DNA of 64,000 nt from Candidatus Poseidoniaceae archaeon (GTDB lineage: Archaea; Thermoplasmatota; Poseidoniia; Poseidoniales; Poseidoniaceae). The position numbers and the translations under genes were made by a program. Below, in pieces: positions 20,401 through 28,545 of the stretch. Each line of letters starts with the position of its first letter. Position 1 is the first letter of the stretch. The notes under the pieces are model-generated. The model saw nothing but the letters and a program-made list of their open reading frames with translations. It did not search any database and was not told the DNA's origin. The stretch spans positions 15,947-79,946 of the forward strand of contig JBMTJI010000004.1 in NCBI GenBank assembly GCA_049438185.1, read 5' to 3'.

Positions 20401-21293
20401 TGCGGGCTATCGAACAATACGATGCTGTTGAACAACGCCTCGCTGAAATGGAAGGTGACTTCAAGAAACTCCAAGAACGAAAGAAGCATTTGATCGATGT
20501 CGCTGAACGACTTGAGGAGCAACGTAAGGTTCGCTTACTCGACGTTCTTGAAAAGGTCAATGAGAATTTCAAGAAAGTCTACAAATCACTCAGCAATGGT
20601 GGTCGCGGAGAACTCTATCTCGAGAACAAGGAAGATCCATTCAAGGGTGGTTTGGAACTATGGGCGCAACCAAAAGGAAAGTCCTCGAATGTTACCCGCC
20701 ACCAATTGTCTGGTGGAGAGCAATCTGTGGCAGCACTCGCCCTTATCTTTGCTATTCAGGATTATGACCCAAGTCCATTCTACTACTTTGATGAAGTCGA
20801 TCAGAACCTTGACAGTGTCAATGCTGAATGCATCGCTAAGATGTGCAGGGAACGAAGCAAAGCTGCACAGTTCATTATGGTCACATTGCGAAAGGTCTCC
20901 CTACAGTTGGCCGATCACCACATTGGGATTACGCATGGGGGTGATGGATGCAGCCGTCGAATCATTGACTTTGACCAGGAACAAGCCATCGCACTTGGTG
21001 AGCAAGCACTCAAGGAAGCAGAATCTGCAGCAGCGAAGAACGAACAACGTGCAAAGGAAGAGCGAGAAACACTTGCAGAGATGCCTCGTGTACCCGATGC
21101 CCTCCCAGCACCGCAAAGCCTTGGCGGGCTTCTCAAGCACATGCAAGAAGATGAAAGCATGACTGCATTGGCTGAGCGAACGGCTGAGACCAATGAGGAT
21201 ATTGAGGAGCGTTCTGCACTCGCAAGTGCGGTTTCTGAATTGAACGCTGAGATGGATGTTGAACAAGAAGAATCCATCGAACTGGACGAATGA
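17421..21293 (+). CDS. smc: SMC chromosome-condensation ATPase
   Basis: N-terminal [29 protein letters not shown], long coiled coils, a hinge ([10 protein letters not shown]...), the signature [16 protein letters not shown] and Walker B [12 protein letters not shown]. The track start 17409 is also possible. Confidence 0.95.
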   Translation: [1290 protein letters not shown]

Positions 21294-21303
21294 GGTGGTC
21301 GGA

Positions 21304-22476
21304 ATGATTCAGCAAGGACTCGATCAGTGGTTTTTGCGCCAGGATGTAATCGATCAACTCTTGCAAAGTGGAGACGATGACCTTGAGGGAATCAATGCCT
21401 ATGCCGACAGGATTCTCATGATCGCTCAAACTGAGGAAGCTGAGCATCAAACCCTTGACGATCCATTCGATCGAAGTGTTGCGCTCGTTCTATCGCTCGT
21501 AAGTAGTGAAGGTTTGGATGCATGGAACATTGACCTGACCTCGTTCCTTCGCCAATTCATGAAGCGCGTGAAATCCCAAGCTAGCGATCTCGATTTGCCT
21601 GCTTGTGGCCGTCTGATTCGGATGGCATGGGAGGTTCTCAATTACCAAGCAGCGCACCTCTTTGACCGTATTCAATACCAGGGCGACGGTGATGATTGGG
21701 ATGCGAGCTTCGACTTTGGATGGGAAGCAGAATACGATGACCATGAGTTCCATTTCACCAACACAGTTCTACAAGGTGGCGCAGATGATGTCCTCGAGAC
21801 TCTCTTTGATGAACGTGTCCGACGAGAAGAGGGGCGACCAGTGACGCTAGGTGAACTGCTTTCAGCCCTCAAAGATGCTGCGGATGATGCTGATGCACTC
21901 AAGTTGCGAGAAAAGAATCGGATTGCACATGCAATCGAAGTTGAGGAAATGATTTCCAACGTGGGCGGCCGAATGCACAATGAAGACCTTGATGGGGATA
22001 TTGAACGATGTTGGAATGCGTTACGGCAGACAACACAAGCCATGGAATCAAACAACGTGCCTCTCAAATCCGTTATCTCAACCCTGGTTCCAATTCTTGA
22101 ATCTACATTTGGATCCATTCCTGAAGGTTATGATGACGATGCACGCGTGAGTTCGTTCATCGCTGGATTGTTCCTTACCCACAAAGGTTTGGCATCGATT
22201 ACACAAGGAAACAATCTTGATGATGTCATCATGATCGAAGATTTGTGGCCTCACTTGGCAAGCTTCGAGGATGTACTTGCAGCAACGCTTGAGGCCGACG
22301 AAGAGGCTCAGGTAGCACGTGAAGAATCCAAGACAGGCTCCGTTTTGCATGCAGAGCGCTTGCAAGAGCGCGCAGAGAAGGCACGCCTTGCTGAAGAAAA
22401 AGCAAAACAAAAACTTGAGCAGGAACAGGAAGAAACATCTCCTGATTTCGATGAGCATGAGTGGTTGGTTGAGTAG
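21304..22476 (+). CDS. scpA: Segregation and condensation protein A (kleisin)
   Basis: Lies immediately after smc (GAGGTGG then ATG 21304). The N-terminal ScpA-like helix-turn reads DPFDRSVALVLSLVSSEGLDAWNIDLTSFLRQFM. Acidic C-terminal tail. Confidence 0.7.
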   Translation: MIQQGLDQWFLRQDVIDQLLQSGDDDLEGINAYADRILMIAQTEEAEHQTLDDPFDRSVALVLSLVSSEGLDAWNIDLTSFLRQFMKRVKSQASDLDLPACGRLIRMAWEVLNYQAAHLFDRIQYQGDGDDWDASFDFGWEAEYDDHEFHFTNTVLQGGADDVLETLFDERVRREEGRPVTLGELLSALKDAADDADALKLREKNRIAHAIEVEEMISNVGGRMHNEDLDGDIERCWNALRQTTQAMESNNVPLKSVISTLVPILESTFGSIPEGYDDDARVSSFIAGLFLTHKGLASITQGNNLDDVIMIEDLWPHLASFEDVLAATLEADEEAQVAREESKTGSVLHAERLQERAEKARLAEEKAKQKLEQEQEETSPDFDEHEWLVE

Positions 22477-22484
22477 GTGATTGC

Positions 22485-23084
22485 ATGTCGGAACTGGGAT
22501 TAGAAACGCTTCTTGAAGCAATATTGTTTGGTTCAGGCAAGTCACTTTCAGTCAAGGAACTCTCAGAATCACTCGGTTACGATGAAGAAGAAGTCTCTGA
22601 GGGATTGACATCTTTGCAAGGAACCCTCAAACGACGACGTGGTGGTGCTTTGCGAATTGTTGAGATCGGTGGGAAATGGGCGATGGAAGTACGGCCGAAT
22701 GTAGCCGAACATCTTCCAAAAGAAACGAAGACAGAAATGCCGAAGAAACTCCTCAAAGCGGCTGCCCTGATTGCTTATCACCAGCCAATGCCTCAATCAC
22801 GTTTGGTTGAACTTCTTGGGCAGAAAGCCTATGATTACGTCCGTGAACTTTCTCAATATGGCATGATTATGCGTCGACGTGATGGAAACACGAGACGTTT
22901 GACGACAACAAGACGATTTTCCGAAGCTTTTGGTTGCCCACATACGGACTTGAGAAAAGTGCGTAAATGGTTTAGAGAACAAGTGACTGAAGCAGGCCTA
23001 TTCGATGGAATGGATTCGGATGCACTGAAAGAAATTGGCGAGGATGGTCTTGTTCAAGCCACATTGCCCCTTGAAGAAGAATGA
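22485..23084 (+). CDS. scpB: Segregation and condensation protein B
   Basis: LEAILFGSGKSLSVKELSE... and a second winged helix (AALIAYHQPMPQSRLVELLG), the typical ScpB tandem-wHTH layout. Confidence 0.8.
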   Translation: MSELGLETLLEAILFGSGKSLSVKELSESLGYDEEEVSEGLTSLQGTLKRRRGGALRIVEIGGKWAMEVRPNVAEHLPKETKTEMPKKLLKAAALIAYHQPMPQSRLVELLGQKAYDYVRELSQYGMIMRRRDGNTRRLTTTRRFSEAFGCPHTDLRKVRKWFREQVTEAGLFDGMDSDALKEIGEDGLVQATLPLEEE

Positions 23085-24380
23085 TTACTTCCTCAACTCT
23101 TCAAGAATTTCAGCAACTCTCGTTTGTGTTTTTGGACCTTCTTCAGAGATCAATTGTTGAGCAACACGTTCGATTTCATCTCCGATTGCACCCGCACTTA
23201 CTGCCATGTTCTTTGCATGCAATCGCATGTGCCCTTTCTGAATACCACTTGTAGCGAGTGCACGCAATGCGCCTAGATTCTGTGCAAGGCCTGCAGCAGC
23301 CATGACAGAGGCTAATTCTTGGGCGGATTCAACACCGAGAATCTCAAGATTTGCTCGTGCTACGGGATGAACTTTTGATGCGCCTCCAACAATGCCAACT
23401 GCCATTGGTGTCTCGATGGTGCCAACAAGGTTGCCTTTTGCGTCCTTCTCCCAATGTGTCATTGAACCGTATCGTCCTTGATGGTACGCAACGTAGGCAT
23501 GGCAACCTGCCTCAACTGCACGCCAATCCTGGCCACAGGCGACAGCAACGGCCGAAATACCGTTCATCACGCCCTTGTTGTGTGTAGCCGCTCTGTATGG
23601 ATCTGCCATAGCAAAGTGATGCGCTTCAAGTATGCCTTCGATAATGGAAACTCCATCGATTCGATCCCCTGAATTGCTCATCTCTTCTGGGGTAAATGTG
23701 GCAGAAACTCGAGCAAGTCGTTGCGTTGCTAGGTTTGACAGAATTCTCAACAAGGAACGTCCTGATGTGATGGTTTCCAACTCAGGTGCAAGGAGTTCTG
23801 CCATTGTGTTCACTGCATTTGCGCCCATAGCATCTCGACAGTCAACGTGGATGTGAACGATGAGCATCGGCCCTGAAAGTGTCTCAAGTGAGCGAGTTGT
23901 TATGTTCTTACATCCTCCTCCAAGCCGAATCATGGTCGATGGCAGACTGTTTGCTAAATCCATCAATTCTCTTTTTTTATGCTCAATCTGTTCGATGGCT
24001 CGTGTATGGTCGTCAACATCAAGGAGTTGAATTTGGGCAATCATCATTGGTGCATCATTGTTGGAAGTAAATCCGCCCATTGCATGACAACGTTTCGCCA
24101 TATTCGATGCAGCAGCAACAACGCTCGATTCTTCAAGGCAAAAGGGGATGACGTAGTGCTTTTCATCGATAATGAAGTTCGTAGCCACGCCAACCGGGAG
24201 GGACATGGTTCCAATGACATTCTCAATCATTCGATCTGCTGAGGCATCGTTTAACTCTCCATTCGCCGCTAACGCAGCGATATGTTCCTCGCTTAGGCTT
24301 GCAAGTTCTGCAATCATCTGCCTACGCTCTTCGACATCGAGCTTGTAGAAGCCTTTCAGCCGGCTATTGTCCACGGGCAT
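23085..24380 (-). CDS. hmgA: HMG-CoA reductase, class II type
   Basis: 431 aa with no membrane domain. ENVIGTMSLPVGVATNFIIDEKHYVIPFCLEESSVVAAASNMAK and GANAVNTM, ...GHMRLHA match the class II (Pseudomonas mevalonii-type) pattern. Confidence 0.85.
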   Translation of the reverse strand: MPVDNSRLKGFYKLDVEERRQMIAELASLSEEHIAALAANGELNDASADRMIENVIGTMSLPVGVATNFIIDEKHYVIPFCLEESSVVAAASNMAKRCHAMGGFTSNNDAPMMIAQIQLLDVDDHTRAIEQIEHKKRELMDLANSLPSTMIRLGGGCKNITTRSLETLSGPMLIVHIHVDCRDAMGANAVNTMAELLAPELETITSGRSLLRILSNLATQRLARVSATFTPEEMSNSGDRIDGVSIIEGILEAHHFAMADPYRAATHNKGVMNGISAVAVACGQDWRAVEAGCHAYVAYHQGRYGSMTHWEKDAKGNLVGTIETPMAVGIVGGASKVHPVARANLEILGVESAQELASVMAAAGLAQNLGALRALATSGIQKGHMRLHAKNMAVSAGAIGDEIERVAQQLISEEGPKTQTRVAEILEELRK

Positions 24381-24435
24381 GCTGTCTCCTCACTCCTAGC
24401 GAGGAATATGGGTTCCATGAAACAATCGGAACAAA

Positions 24436-24541
24436 TTAACGGATTTAACGCTTTAACTAACGCGTTATTTTTGCGTTAATGACGTGTTAATACGACCGTA
24501 TTCTGTCTTATGGCACTTTGATTAACGTCTCATAACACGTT
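24436..24541. promoter_or_regulatory. Cluster of TTAACG/CGTTAA motifs, including the perfect palindrome TAACGCGTTA, in a divergent intergenic region
   Basis: ttaacg at 24436, 24445 and 24522; ttaac at 24453; TAACGCGTTA at 24458-24467; gcgttaa at 24473; gtgttaa at 24484; ataacacgtt at 24532. The region lies between hmgA (-) and the 24561 gene (+). Confidence 0.5.
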
Positions 24542-24560
24542 TGCAAAACACCGTTCCTCC

Positions 24561-26315
24561 GTGAAATATCATATACTTGGTCAAAGTTGCTCGGTCATGC
24601 ATGGAAATACTGTCGACTTTGGCTTTCCATCACTGAGTGAAGATCCTTTTTCCTCCAGTCCACTTGAGAAGGATGAATTCGATCTGTTGGTAGGTAGGCA
24701 TTCGATGTTTGACGAACTCGAACGTAAAATCACGTTCAAATCGGCAAACAGGATATTGCTTGTTGGCGAATTTGGATCAGGAAAAACCTCCTTCATGCAA
24801 TGCTTGAGTACCAGAACGAATTTGCATTTGAACATCAATCGGATTGCATTCTCGGAACCTGGAGTCGAGTTACTGAAAGACATGTACGCACAATTGATCG
24901 ATAATTCACCACCTCATGACTACCAGAAACTGAGTAAGGAATTACGACGAATGATTCACGATTCACGCCAGATGCTTCCACTCATCACTATCGATGCTGA
25001 TATGGCTGATTTCACCTCATTGGAAACGTGCCTTCGTTCGTCACTCCACTTTTTCGAGAGTCTACCTGCGCTGATCATTATCGCAATCAATCCACAACAG
25101 CAATCATTGATTTCGGAACAATTGCTCCAGCGTTTCGAAGTACGAACCATGCCAGAGTTGGATCAGGATGGCATCAAAGCCCTCGTTGAGCGTCGTATTG
25201 GCAAGGCTTCTTCACAACCCTATGAGCTTTCGACGGAAGATGCGAACCGTCTTCTTCAATTGAGTCAAAGTGGACAGCCAGGTTCACTGATTCGAGTTCT
25301 TCGCAATGCAGTCTCAGGAACCTATGTTGCGCCAAGTTCGCCTGTCCAACAACCAGAATTCACGCCTGAGGAGACGAGGCTGAGTACCGAGACGATTACG
25401 GAGTCTGAAGAATCGATACTCAAAGCAGACCCCAGCGATGTACTCTCTACAATCGACGAGGAAGAGTCCATCGAAGAGGCGTGGGAGGCGACTCCAGGGA
25501 TGACCGAAATATCCGGTTTTGACCTTGATCTAGAAACACTCGATGAACCGATGGAGGAGCCAGTAGTGGCTCCAACAGAAGAAATGGAAGAACTCGACGA
25601 GGAGAACGGGGAAGAGATTCTTGACAATTCCTATATCACCGAAGGAAGCCTTCCATTCGCAGGTCCGTTTGGTGGATTACGACATCGGAACATCGAATCG
25701 AATAGAACACCAACTCCCACGCTTGAAGGTCAATTCAGAGAAAGCGAGATGGGTACTGCGTTTTGGTCGGTTAACGAACCTGTGCCACTTCTTGACGATG
25801 TGATTGCAGTCGATGGAGAAGTGGAGGCACACGATCTTGAATCCTTGATCGAAGAACTTCCTGAAATCGAAATGGAGGAGATTCCAGCACCTGAGAACAA
25901 TCGTTTCGATTCCAACACAATTGAAGCGTTCACACGGTTGCTGACACAAGTCCTCCAGCCCTCAAATGCTGCATTGAATGGTGATCAAAACCTCATCGAG
26001 CAGTTGCGAGCATTATCTCGGCCACGATTGACACAAAAAGAAGAGCATGTCTTGAGTGTTGCAGTTCTTAGTTCACTCACATCCTCCGAAGCAGTTGTTG
26101 TTGCGGAGGCAAAAGGACGTTCCATTTCACCATCAGACAAGGCCTTACTGGCACAATTGTCGATCAAACGTGCACGCTTGTCACAAATTTGCAATCGTTT
26201 GCATAAAGCAGGAATTTTACACGCCCGAATGGTTGGCCGCACGAGAATGTTTGGCCTAACGAGAAGTGCATTGGCTCAATTGATTGCATGGGGTCTTGTA
26301 GGAGGTGATGAGTGA
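24561..26315 (+). CDS. P-loop NTPase (Orc/Cdc6- or archaeal-ATPase-like) with an acidic disordered linker and a C-terminal winged-helix domain
   Basis: Walker A LLVGEFGSGKTSF, Walker-B-like LPLITIDAD, an acidic linker of about 200 aa, and C-terminal LSQICNRLHKAGILHARMVGRTRMFGLT. The GTG start is uncertain; ATG 24599 is possible. Confidence 0.55.
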   Translation: MKYHILGQSCSVMHGNTVDFGFPSLSEDPFSSSPLEKDEFDLLVGRHSMFDELERKITFKSANRILLVGEFGSGKTSFMQCLSTRTNLHLNINRIAFSEPGVELLKDMYAQLIDNSPPHDYQKLSKELRRMIHDSRQMLPLITIDADMADFTSLETCLRSSLHFFESLPALIIIAINPQQQSLISEQLLQRFEVRTMPELDQDGIKALVERRIGKASSQPYELSTEDANRLLQLSQSGQPGSLIRVLRNAVSGTYVAPSSPVQQPEFTPEETRLSTETITESEESILKADPSDVLSTIDEEESIEEAWEATPGMTEISGFDLDLETLDEPMEEPVVAPTEEMEELDEENGEEILDNSYITEGSLPFAGPFGGLRHRNIESNRTPTPTLEGQFRESEMGTAFWSVNEPVPLLDDVIAVDGEVEAHDLESLIEELPEIEMEEIPAPENNRFDSNTIEAFTRLLTQVLQPSNAALNGDQNLIEQLRALSRPRLTQKEEHVLSVAVLSSLTSSEAVVVAEAKGRSISPSDKALLAQLSIKRARLSQICNRLHKAGILHARMVGRTRMFGLTRSALAQLIAWGLVGGDE

Positions 26316-27352
26316 TGTCTTGGTCGGTAAGCTGGTCGTGGCAATCGCCTTCAAGAATAAGCGCTGTTGAATCCGTAAATGGTCATCTGTGCGTTGCTTA
26401 TGGACTTGAATTGGTTCTCTTTAATAATGCAAATGAAATACAATGGCAACGAAGTATGCCATTCAAGGTGCATGCTATTTGCAATGCTGATGGGCGAATT
26501 GGTGTCCTTGCAGCTCATGCCTTCTACCTTCTCAACACGGTTGATGGATCATTGGTTCACGAAGGAAGGTCAAGTCCTGGCGGATTTTTGCAACTCCTCA
26601 ACCGTCCTGGAGGGGGATGGGTCTTGTCAGGTCGAGATGGAAATCTCCACCTCTTCGATGCAAATGGCGTGGGAATACGCCGAATGCAATCGGGTCTGGT
26701 GCGTCGTCTCATCGGATGGTTGGATCGTGAACATCTCCTCTGGCAAGATGAAAGTGGAGTTGTTTATTGTGGCCAAATCGCTCAACAAGACAAACGCCGA
26801 GTTGTCGATACGGCGGTATGGAGTTGGGTATCTCCACTCATTGAAGGACGCATGCTTTTGCAATCCGCTGATGGTAAGTTATGGGATGGTATCCCTCATC
26901 CGTATGGTTGGGATGCCATCGAGCGAATTGAAATTGAATCGCTTGAGCCACTTGTAGCAACCCGTGCTGGAGATGGTTGGTGGGTACTCGGCATCGAAGG
27001 TCACCTTGATCACATGAGTGCCCAGAGCGGTGAAGTGAGAATTGGAGAAGGGATGAACCTAGGAGATATGTTGGTTCAACTTGGAAGAAACTCGATGGTC
27101 ACATGCCGACGTGATGGTTTGGTTCGTCGCTGGGTCGCTCCACACCTTGCAGAGGAGCAACGCCGACATCGACAGAAAGAGGCAGCGGATGCTAAGTTGG
27201 CTCGATCTTGGGATGAACGTCGCCAACTGTTCCAGCGAGCCCTAACAGCCGAAGATGAAGGACGCTTATCGAGAGCGATTGAACTCTATGAGGCACTCGG
27301 AAGGAAAGAAGACGTTCAACGACTTCTCAGGCGGCAGAAAGGCGGTGATTAG
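26315..27352 (+). CDS. Hypothetical protein, beta-propeller-like repeats plus a C-terminal helical tail
   Basis: The start ATG overlaps the upstream stop (TGATG). Repeated strand-turn patterns occur (GHLCVAYG..LVLF, DGRIGVLAAH.FYLL, GGWVLSGRDGNLHLF, DGKLWDG, DGWWVLGIEG), followed by an Arg/Glu-rich helical end. Confidence 0.4.
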   Translation: MSWSVSWSWQSPSRISAVESVNGHLCVAYGLELVLFNNANEIQWQRSMPFKVHAICNADGRIGVLAAHAFYLLNTVDGSLVHEGRSSPGGFLQLLNRPGGGWVLSGRDGNLHLFDANGVGIRRMQSGLVRRLIGWLDREHLLWQDESGVVYCGQIAQQDKRRVVDTAVWSWVSPLIEGRMLLQSADGKLWDGIPHPYGWDAIERIEIESLEPLVATRAGDGWWVLGIEGHLDHMSAQSGEVRIGEGMNLGDMLVQLGRNSMVTCRRDGLVRRWVAPHLAEEQRRHRQKEAADAKLARSWDERRQLFQRALTAEDEGRLSRAIELYEALGRKEDVQRLLRRQKGGD

Positions 27353-27353
27353 A

Positions 27354-27647
27354 ATGAATCCGGATCATACTCTAACCGTGGAACGTGTACAACACTATCT
27401 TTCGATTACACAAAAAGCGAGAGAAAAGGCGACTCCAATGGCTTCAACGCCTGATGAGGAGACGATGCTCAAGACATTGCTTTCAATGGCGGACGATTAC
27501 GCAAACGATGCACAGTATTTCCTCGAACAAGGTGATTTCATACGAGCGTTTGGAGCCATCAACTATGCTCATGCATGGATTGATGCAGGCGTCAAACTTC
27601 GTTTACTCGATGGGCACGGAGACGATGTCTTATTCACGCTGCCGTAA
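27354..27647 (+). CDS. DUF357-family small protein
   Basis: YANDAQYFLEQGDFIRAFGAINYAHAWIDAGVKLRLLD matches the DUF357 helical-hairpin pattern. ATG 27354 follows the upstream stop by 1 nt; the track's 27255 start would overlap the upstream gene. Confidence 0.6.
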   Translation: MNPDHTLTVERVQHYLSITQKAREKATPMASTPDEETMLKTLLSMADDYANDAQYFLEQGDFIRAFGAINYAHAWIDAGVKLRLLDGHGDDVLFTLP

Positions 27648-28047
27648 ACTCATGATGTTGATTTGGTTCGACTTTTGAAACGAGCTCGTTGATCGCTTCA
27701 ACCTCGTTCAGAATCTCTTTTGCACGTTTTCTGGCACGATTGACGAAGGGTTGAATCGATTGTTCAAGGCTCATCCGAAGCCTGTAAATGTGGGCTGGAC
27801 GCCCACGAGAAGTCTCTGATTTCGGAGAAAAATGAACAAGATTCATCTCTCTTAATTCAGAGATAGCCATGCTGACATCAGGTTGCCGAATATTGCAATG
27901 GCATTGCAAATCCTTTGAGGTTGATGCACCATGGTGGTGGAGGCAAAGAAGCACACTTGCAGTATTCTCATTTGCACCGAGTTCGACAAGTTTGTCACGG
28001 AGAGTACGCTGTTCACCACTCATCTGAGAGCCTATGCCACCTTTCAT
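27634..28047 (-). CDS. Winged-helix transcriptional regulator (ArsR/TrmB-like)
   Basis: TASVLLCLHHHGASTSKDLQCHCNIRQPDVSMAISELREMNLVHFSPKSETSRGRPAHIYRL is an HTH plus wing. Confidence 0.65.
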   Translation of the reverse strand: MKGGIGSQMSGEQRTLRDKLVELGANENTASVLLCLHHHGASTSKDLQCHCNIRQPDVSMAISELREMNLVHFSPKSETSRGRPAHIYRLRMSLEQSIQPFVNRARKRAKEILNEVEAINELVSKVEPNQHHEFTAA

Positions 28048-28110
28048 TGTTTGAAGGGAAAGGTGAGGATATTTAACAACATCACCGACGTTTTATTGAG
28101 AGTATAGAAT

Positions 28111-28142
28111 TTAATTTAATAACTTGAGTTTGTTAATTTAAT
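28111..28142. repeat. Direct repeat TTAATTTAAT x2 (22-nt period) in the AT-rich spacer upstream of the wHTH regulator
   Basis: ttaatttaat occurs at 28111-28120 and again at 28133-28142, 64-95 nt upstream of the 28047 start on the minus strand. Confidence 0.5.
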
Positions 28143-28160
28143 ATCATGACTCTTTGTTAT

Positions 28161-28535
28161 CTATAGACCATTGACAAGTCTGATATTCTTGCCTTTAACA
28201 ATCTCAAGAATTCCAATCCCTTGTTCAAGAGCCCTACGCTTAAGATTTGCATCGACGGTGAGGATTGGAATCTTTGATTCGAGAGCAACTTCAATCAAAG
28301 CATCATCTGGATGCATGTCCGGATGGTCGATGATGGATGAGCGCTGAAGTAAGAGCTCAAGCATCAATTTCTTTCCACGTGGGCGACTTGCCTCAAGATC
28401 TTCAAGTTCATCAAGAATCAAATCGATGAGAACAAACTGTGGTGGTCCTATTAGTTTCGATAATGCGATATCGATGTTAAACGAACCATCGATAAGAGCG
28501 ACCCACCCACATGCATCAATGAGCACGTCGCCCAT
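28161..28535 (-). CDS. PIN-domain protein
   Basis: MGDVLIDACGWVALIDG... (N-terminal acidic residue after a beta strand), ...ILDELEDL..., ...DDALIEVALESKIPILTVDANL. GGTGA precedes ATG 28535. The longer track ORF would overlap aIF-2 gamma. Confidence 0.6.
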   Translation of the reverse strand: MGDVLIDACGWVALIDGSFNIDIALSKLIGPPQFVLIDLILDELEDLEASRPRGKKLMLELLLQRSSIIDHPDMHPDDALIEVALESKIPILTVDANLKRRALEQGIGILEIVKGKNIRLVNGL

Positions 28536-28545
28536 GGTTGTCACC

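Noticed and set aside
20497-21162. 221-aa plus-strand ORF in an alternative frame, plus several 60-190-aa ORFs on both strands between 17.8 and 21.3 kb
   Set aside because: All lie inside smc, which is continuous from the Walker A through the signature motif to Walker B in one frame. The low-complexity coiled-coil coding sequence keeps other frames open.
21256-21303. Upstream start for scpA overlapping the smc 3' end
   Set aside because: ATG 21304 follows the smc stop and a GAGGTGG ribosome-binding site. The 16 extra residues have no ScpA counterpart.
26379-26957. 192-aa plus-strand ORF in a second frame
   Set aside because: It is nested in the 26315..27352 gene. The chosen frame starts on the upstream stop (TGATG) and spans the whole interval, while the alternative frame has Cys/Met-rich, feature-less sequence.
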